A stretch of DNA of 63,411 nucleotides, filler included, from Globobulimina sp. (lineage: Eukaryota), in the NCBI GenBank assembly GCA_003354225.1. It is 17 parts of 17 records of this genome, joined end to end, with 100 filler letters (N's around TTAATTAATTAA, not from the genome) between each part and the next. Parts side by side here need not be neighbours in the genome. Positions count along the whole stretch, not along the records: positions 56,048 to 59,679 come from PIVH01002353.1; positions 59,780 to 63,411 come from PIVH01002354.1; 15 more parts are not named here. One strand, given 5' to 3'. Under the pieces are notes generated by a model. It was not told the DNA's origin. It made no database searches and saw only the letters and a list, made by a program, of their open reading frames with translations. Shown here piece after piece: positions 57,692 to 63,411 of this stretch. Position 1 is the first letter of the stretch, and every line of letters starts with the position of its first letter. Both the position numbers and the translations under genes were made by a program.

Positions 57692-59209
57692 ATGGCAGAC
57701 AGAAAAATTGATGTTGGTACAAATCGTACAATATCTTCCCCAAATCTAAGCATTGATTCCGCAGCAATGGGGTCACCATCACATACAATAAAATCACCGC
57801 GAAGCCCTATAACCCCAACACAAGCAGTTGATTCATCACAATTAGGATTAACACAAACCAATGATATTCAACATTTATTTGAAACCTATATGCAACAAAT
57901 TGGTAAACACGCTGATGATATCAAAGCAGAGATAGATGCAAAATTTGATGACATTGTTAAACAAGTAATGAGCCGAAAGAATATTGTTAAACAACAGGTC
58001 GATGAATGGAAATGTGACAAATTGATGGCAGTTAGCAATGAGATTTCGAGTGCGGGCCAATACGAAGAGATATTATTAAACGCACAAAAACAGTGTAACC
58101 GCATAACTAACAACGATAAATTACCAGAAAAAGAAAAACAAAAACAAATTAAACAAATTAAATCGCAAATATTAAACACAAACAAGGTCAATTTTAAAAA
58201 ATATAACGATTCCAACGAATTAACCAAATATATCAACAATGTGACGAGTTTAATTGAGGTTAAATATGAAAAAGCATTTCAAGATTTATTATCAAATTAT
58301 GGTGAAATTGCAGTAAATTCAAACAATCCGTTTCTATGTGTTCCTGTTTTAAATTTATGCCAACCAATCAAAGGAAGAGAGAGTAAAAACGGATATAAAA
58401 TCAGTTTAAAATGGCAAGCATCGCAGCCATTAAATGCGAACAATTTTATTATTCGATGTTTAGCTGTGTCTGCGGTGGATATCGATGATGAAAAAAAGCG
58501 GGGAGATAATGGAGACAATGCATGGAAATCATTGATATTTAAAGTAAAGGCAACCAATCAGGAAAACAATCATTTTGAGGCCTTTGATATTGAGACAGTA
58601 TTTTCATTTGATAAAATGTATAAATTCCGCATTGAATTTCATATTCAGAATCCAGTGAATTTATTGATTGGTAGCAATGAACAAATATATTTTATTGAAA
58701 ATAAACCGCCAGACTCGAAAAATGAATTTATTGAATTGCAATATGTCTCACATTTTGGTAATTCGTATGAAGGACATCCAAATAATTTATTGTCGGATGA
58801 TAAAGGTAAGAAATATCGAAGTAAACATAATAAAGATTTTGGTTATAATGAAAGCGATTGGATTGTATATAAAATCAAACATTCTGGAGTTATAAGAACG
58901 TATTTGCCGAAAATGATAAGTATTAAAAATACGTCGGGGACCCAAGCATTGAGGAAATTGAATGTAAGTATTGGCTGTAAAGCAGACATGGCTGGAGATG
59001 AATGGTTTGAGTATGATGTGGTTGAAGTGAATCAAAACAGTGATAAATATCAACAATGTGTGTTACAAGGAATTGATTGGAAAGTTATTAAACAAATGAA
59101 AACCCAATTTATTAAATTGCAATTAGTCGCAAATTATGGTGAAGCCAGAGGTGCTCAGTGCAGATTTAAAATACAAGAATTTAAATTGTATGGTTTAGAG
59201 TTTAAATAA
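57692..59209 (+). CDS. Coiled-coil, FN3-like and galactose-binding-like domain protein
   Basis: N-terminal coiled coil; C-terminal HPNNLL...Y.S...DWIVY...IKLQLVANYG...EFKLYG beta-sandwich pattern. Confidence 0.6.
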   Translation: MADRKIDVGTNRTISSPNLSIDSAAMGSPSHTIKSPRSPITPTQAVDSSQLGLTQTNDIQHLFETYMQQIGKHADDIKAEIDAKFDDIVKQVMSRKNIVKQQVDEWKCDKLMAVSNEISSAGQYEEILLNAQKQCNRITNNDKLPEKEKQKQIKQIKSQILNTNKVNFKKYNDSNELTKYINNVTSLIEVKYEKAFQDLLSNYGEIAVNSNNPFLCVPVLNLCQPIKGRESKNGYKISLKWQASQPLNANNFIIRCLAVSAVDIDDEKKRGDNGDNAWKSLIFKVKATNQENNHFEAFDIETVFSFDKMYKFRIEFHIQNPVNLLIGSNEQIYFIENKPPDSKNEFIELQYVSHFGNSYEGHPNNLLSDDKGKKYRSKHNKDFGYNESDWIVYKIKHSGVIRTYLPKMISIKNTSGTQALRKLNVSIGCKADMAGDEWFEYDVVEVNQNSDKYQQCVLQGIDWKVIKQMKTQFIKLQLVANYGEARGAQCRFKIQEFKLYGLEFK

Positions 59210-59344
59210 TGTACAATTTTTTAGATACCAAATTAATACCAAAAAATCATGAAAACTTGCATTTTAAAATATTCAATTTCCATATCCTTGCACATGATTT
59301 AGTGATATATTCTAAAAGATAAAAATTGTATACAAAAAAATAAC

Positions 59345-59502
59345 AATTTGTCGTCTAGGAAAACATATTTGTCGTCGCAAAAGTCAGAGGGACAGGAGTT
59401 GGTGCTCGGAGTTCAATTTCATATTTGTCGTCGCAATAAATTTGTCGTAAATTTGTCGTCGCAAAAGTCAGCGGAGTTGCTGCTCGGAGTTCAATTTCAT
59501 AT
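59345..59502. repeat. Imperfect ~55-bp direct duplication with interspersed TTTGTCGT motifs
   Basis: TTTGTCGTCGCAAAAGTCAG...GGAGTTG.TGCTCGGAGTTCAATTTCATAT at ~59368 and ~59452; TTTGTCGT occurs five times. Confidence 0.85.
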
Positions 59503-59779
59503 ATTTCCCCTTCAAATAGAGTTGTTTGCTTAAAATCACCAATTGATTTCTTTGTGCTTTTTTGAATTAAACTAATATTTTCCCTTTTGTACCTGTACAA
59601 ATTATATATTTGTTGGATTTTATCACAAACAGAGTTCCAATCATCGGAGACTACGCAAAATAAAATGTGTTTGAAATTTNNNNNNNNNNNNNNNNNNNNN
59701 NNNNNNNNNNNNNNNNNNNNNNNTTAATTAATTAANNNNNNNNNNNNNNNNNNNNNNNNNNNNNNNNNNNNNNNNNNNN

Positions 59780-60913
59780 TGTGATGCATTATGTGTTTAG
59801 TTTCTTTCCCAATGCCAACATATCGATAAATCAGTTGTTTTGTCATTGTTGAATGGAGGATGTTCCATTAACGTTGAAGTTAAAGAAGATGAGATAAGAG
59901 AAGATCGTACGCGTTTAGCTAAGACGCCATTAATTTTGTATTGTGAGAGTCCAAAAGCGAATATAACTAGTACTGGATTTAAAGCTTTATTTGAATGCGG
60001 AGCAGATCCAAAACTTGAGTATGGTGAAAATAATGCAATAGTGTATCTGTTAGTATATTCAACTAATTTAGATTTAGAATTTATCACTTATTTAATTTCT
60101 GAATGCGATGTAAAATTTGATGAACCTTTATCTGGCGGAACATTGTTGTTTAATCTGTATTTAAGCAGAACAAAAATTGAAAAAGAAACAATTAGAATAT
60201 TATGTCAAATTGCTGGTTGTGACCCAAATGCTTGCGATAAAAGTGGAAGAAATGCTATTAGAGCATATTGTGCAAATAAAGGTGAAAAAGCATTGGAAGC
60301 CCTCAATGTGGGAGTGTGGTCGGACTTCTTTTTTGACAAAAAGAAGGTTGAACAGTCCCCCCTACCATTGGATTTTGATATTATTCGGTATTTGGTAGAA
60401 TTGGGTGCTCAGATAAATGAAGCGGATAAATATGGTGTTTATCCGATACAATCATTGTTAGAGAACTCGTTTAAATTATCGGTAATGTTTGGTTTTATGA
60501 TTGAAATGGTTGGGATTGGTGCTACATTGCAACATATATTGCCAAATGATCCACTAACTATTCAATATAATAAGTTATATATTTTGCAAGATATTGAAGA
60601 TGTAAAAGAAGAATATGAATATTTAAATGGCTTTTGGTGTACATTAACGATTTTGCGTAGTAATAATAATTATGATGATGATGATGTACGGCTTTTTGCA
60701 TGGGATGAAACTCAAAATAGATCGGAGATTGGATTGAAGGTAAAGAGAAGCAATTTGATTGATGTTACAAATGAGATGTTGATCAAAGTGTATCCACAAT
60801 TTGTAAATGTATTTGGTTCTGATAATAAACAAGCAATGCCTCAAAGTAATATTATTGAAGAGGAAGAGAAAGAGGAAGAGGAAGAAATAAATGATGATGA
60901 ATTTGTGTTGTAA
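59780..60913 (+). CDS. Ankyrin-repeat protein, 5' partial
   Basis: KTPLILYC...GADP, GCDPNACDKSGRNA, IIRYLVELGAQINEADKYG. Confidence 0.8.
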
Positions 60914-61245
60914 AATTTATTCTGTTGTTGTAAATAACTAGATCGATGATTTGGTATTTTGAAACTACAAACATGTACAAATTCAACCAAATCTGTATAT
61001 GTTTGCAGTTTCAAATCCCAAATCCTTTTTTGAACTGATCTAGCTATCCTAACTATTATTATTTTAACACTTTGAATCTTAAGCTTTTCGTTGATCAAAC
61101 CATCGTTGACGGCTGACGGCGATTAACATCTGATCGATCATGACTTCAAAACTAGTCTATAATGCAAAACAAAAAAATAACAACACAAAACGAGGCCAGG
61201 GCCGCGCGATGAAGTATATATTTACAAAATGTATCATTCAATTAT

Positions 61246-63411
61246 TTATCTCCACAGTCGAATACCTTTCGAATACTCATCATGTAAATCCAAGGAGATA
61301 TTCCATATAATTTGACCAAATGGTTTTTGTATTTGACTCAGATAATCTGTATCATTCACATCAATTTTAACTCGCACATCAACAATAATAATTTCATTTA
61401 ATTTTATAACTTGCGGATTATATTTTATTTTCTGAACATTGCCATCATTGTTTTCACAAATACTTTCACAAAACGTATATAATTTAACCATGGTCACCTC
61501 ATCAATCTGGAGATTCTCAATCCATATTTTCTCCACATTTGGAAACAAAGAAACCAACACAGCCAACTTACACCAATTATTATTTGGTGAAATAAACAAT
61601 TTTTTAATAGATTTATGATAATGTTTACAAATATCATTAATTTTTAATGTGATTTTATGATTGGTTTTCAATGCAATAAAATGGAACAAATTGCCAATGT
61701 ATTGCGGTACGATGGATTTCTCCGATTTCATATCTTCCTCTTCGTTCCTCACCTCATTCTTTATCAAATTATTGAATGCGATTACCGTTGATTTTGAGTG
61801 TGTGGATTGCAACGGATAATGTCCAATGATCAACTGTTGGAAATGGTGAATCGCAGATAAATATGATTTATAATTCTCACATTGCACAATATTTAATATT
61901 GATTTTAATTTCAATGATTGATATCCACCAACAAACACAGACTCACATTCCGCTGGAAAATCTGAAAATATCTCACATTGCGGCTTACTAAAATAATATA
62001 TCCCATCATTCATCTTTTTATTTTTCTCAACCTCTAAAATTAATCCATTATAATCCCCATTCGATGCATATTGTAAGCCGACACTCAATTTGCTCGTACA
62101 CGATTTGGGCATATTAAATCTTATCGTCTCTCCAAATAATAACTGTTGACTCGAGATTCCATGGTAAAATGTCTCATTATTTGCACTTAATTCATCACCA
62201 AAACATTCCCCAACTTCCCGCATTAAACGTGCCCAATTTGCATATTCCCGATGCTGTGTCTTAAATGTTTGAATGTCCGTATTCAAATCATATGTTTTTA
62301 TAAATATATTGCATAAAATATCATTATTACAATACAGCAACATCGCCATTATATGATCATAACTAAATACCTCATTTTTATTTAAATCATAATACTTAAA
62401 ATTTGATATGTTTTTTTCCTTTGTACTGATTGCTTTGCACTGATTACATTTGGATAAAAATAAACATTTTGTGTATAAATCGTTGTATTCAACAACCGAT
62501 AAAGTATATAATTTATTATTCACTAACTCCAGTTTTAAATTGTCATATTTCTTTAATACATACCATTTCTTTGAGGCATAGAACTTCCAATAAAAGCATA
62601 GCTCACCAAATTTCATACTCACATCGTCATCCAATCCATCTCTTTTATTCTCCAAATATTTATATTGTGACGATATTTGTGTGGTATATTTACTATTTTT
62701 GATCCGATTTTGACCGCGTAATAACACCAAATTCTTTTTCTTTGCACTCATTATATCCCGGATGGTTTTCAATCGATTATGATTCAAATGCAATGCATTA
62801 TTATTGGTTAAGGAGTGCGTATGCCGTATTTGTTGATATTCAATCTCTCGAAATTGATATAATTGGAAGCTATGAATCAATCGACAATGAATTCTATCCA
62901 CTATCTGTTGTGTGACTACTTCATTCACATTGGAATCATTTACATCAGTCACAAAATATAATTCTTGTCTGTGTCTATGTTGATCCATATCTGTATGATC
63001 TCGATCGCGATGATTGCGTCGCAAACAAATACATCGCATCGATCCACATTCAACATTATTACTTATAAACTGCCGCATTATATTCGTTGTAATTGCCTCA
63101 ATTTCGCGTTTATAACAATGATAAGTTAAGATATGATTGAAATCATTTAATAGCAACGTATTTGAATAATTTTCCAAGATCTCATTGATAAAATCGTAAA
63201 CACCAAAACCATTCCCATTGGCAACGCCATCAACGGGCATACATTTATTGGCTGCTTTTAGTCGCAACAACGGCCCATTGTTCCCATAAATCTCTTTCTG
63301 ATACATAGCTAAATCAAAAGCTTGTTGCTGCTCAACATCCTGTACATTTATTAACCATTTCTGATAAAATATTAATATGCTTATTATACGATTAATGCAT
63401 GGACATTTTAG
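61246..63411 (-). CDS. Large protein with ADP-ribosyltransferase-like domain, 5' partial
   Basis: Frame open to window end; LLYC...FYHGIS...PKSCTSKLSVG..YA...GLILE...FSDFPAECESVFVGG parallels the ART R-STS-ExE layout. Confidence 0.65.
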   Translation of the reverse strand, partial: LKCPCINRIISILIFYQKWLINVQDVEQQQAFDLAMYQKEIYGNNGPLLRLKAANKCMPVDGVANGNGFGVYDFINEILENYSNTLLLNDFNHILTYHCYKREIEAITTNIMRQFISNNVECGSMRCICLRRNHRDRDHTDMDQHRHRQELYFVTDVNDSNVNEVVTQQIVDRIHCRLIHSFQLYQFREIEYQQIRHTHSLTNNNALHLNHNRLKTIRDIMSAKKKNLVLLRGQNRIKNSKYTTQISSQYKYLENKRDGLDDDVSMKFGELCFYWKFYASKKWYVLKKYDNLKLELVNNKLYTLSVVEYNDLYTKCLFLSKCNQCKAISTKEKNISNFKYYDLNKNEVFSYDHIMAMLLYCNNDILCNIFIKTYDLNTDIQTFKTQHREYANWARLMREVGECFGDELSANNETFYHGISSQQLLFGETIRFNMPKSCTSKLSVGLQYASNGDYNGLILEVEKNKKMNDGIYYFSKPQCEIFSDFPAECESVFVGGYQSLKLKSILNIVQCENYKSYLSAIHHFQQLIIGHYPLQSTHSKSTVIAFNNLIKNEVRNEEEDMKSEKSIVPQYIGNLFHFIALKTNHKITLKINDICKHYHKSIKKLFISPNNNWCKLAVLVSLFPNVEKIWIENLQIDEVTMVKLYTFCESICENNDGNVQKIKYNPQVIKLNEIIIVDVRVKIDVNDTDYLSQIQKPFGQIIWNISLDLHDEYSKGIRLWR

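Noticed and set aside
59345-59502. CRISPR-like repeats
   Set aside because: Only two long imperfect copies, with the sequence between them built from the same motif.
3642-59779. Regularly spaced TTAATTAATTAA motif flanked by Ns, superficially a repeat array
   Set aside because: Artificial concatenation linker; ORFs ending in X...LIN are artefacts, and cross-linker gene neighbourhoods carry no meaning.

Overview
This is not a contiguous locus. It is 17 unrelated, size-sorted contigs (3641 down to 3632 bp) joined by an artificial 100-nt linker (N44-TTAATTAATTAA-N44), so nothing can be inferred from gene neighbourhood across linkers. The DNA is AT-rich and gene-dense, with short (mostly 54-144 nt) GT-AG spliceosomal introns. 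It is eukaryotic and most likely from a foraminiferan (Rhizaria); this is inferred from a Retaria-type divergent alpha-tubulin fragment, orphan 7TM proteins, Cys-rich surface proteins and the intron style. Recognisable genes include two full alpha-tubulins, IFT57, RRP7, LSM7, PGAM5, PP2A-B55, enolase-phosphatase E1, cytochrome b561, SET, C2H2, zf-4CXXC and SAP30-like proteins, a disrupted thioredoxin reductase and a bacterial-type rhodanese. Two retroelements are present. (1) A Penelope-like element (RT C-terminus plus GIY-YIG) is followed head-to-tail by what looks like the start of a second copy, with a variant minimal hammerhead ribozyme (23410-23451, minus strand) between them; this is the most striking non-ORF signal. 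(2) A DIRS/Ngaro-type element has a pol frame that lacks an upstream ATG and may be spliced to gag. Other notable items are an ankyrin-Galpha fusion lacking the catalytic Gln, a K-channel-like protein without GYG, an ADP-ribosyltransferase-like protein and a triple-CAP protein without the conserved histidines. Several frameshifts, stops and abrupt junctions suggest low-coverage or amplification artefacts. All family assignments come from motif recognition by eye, not from database searches.
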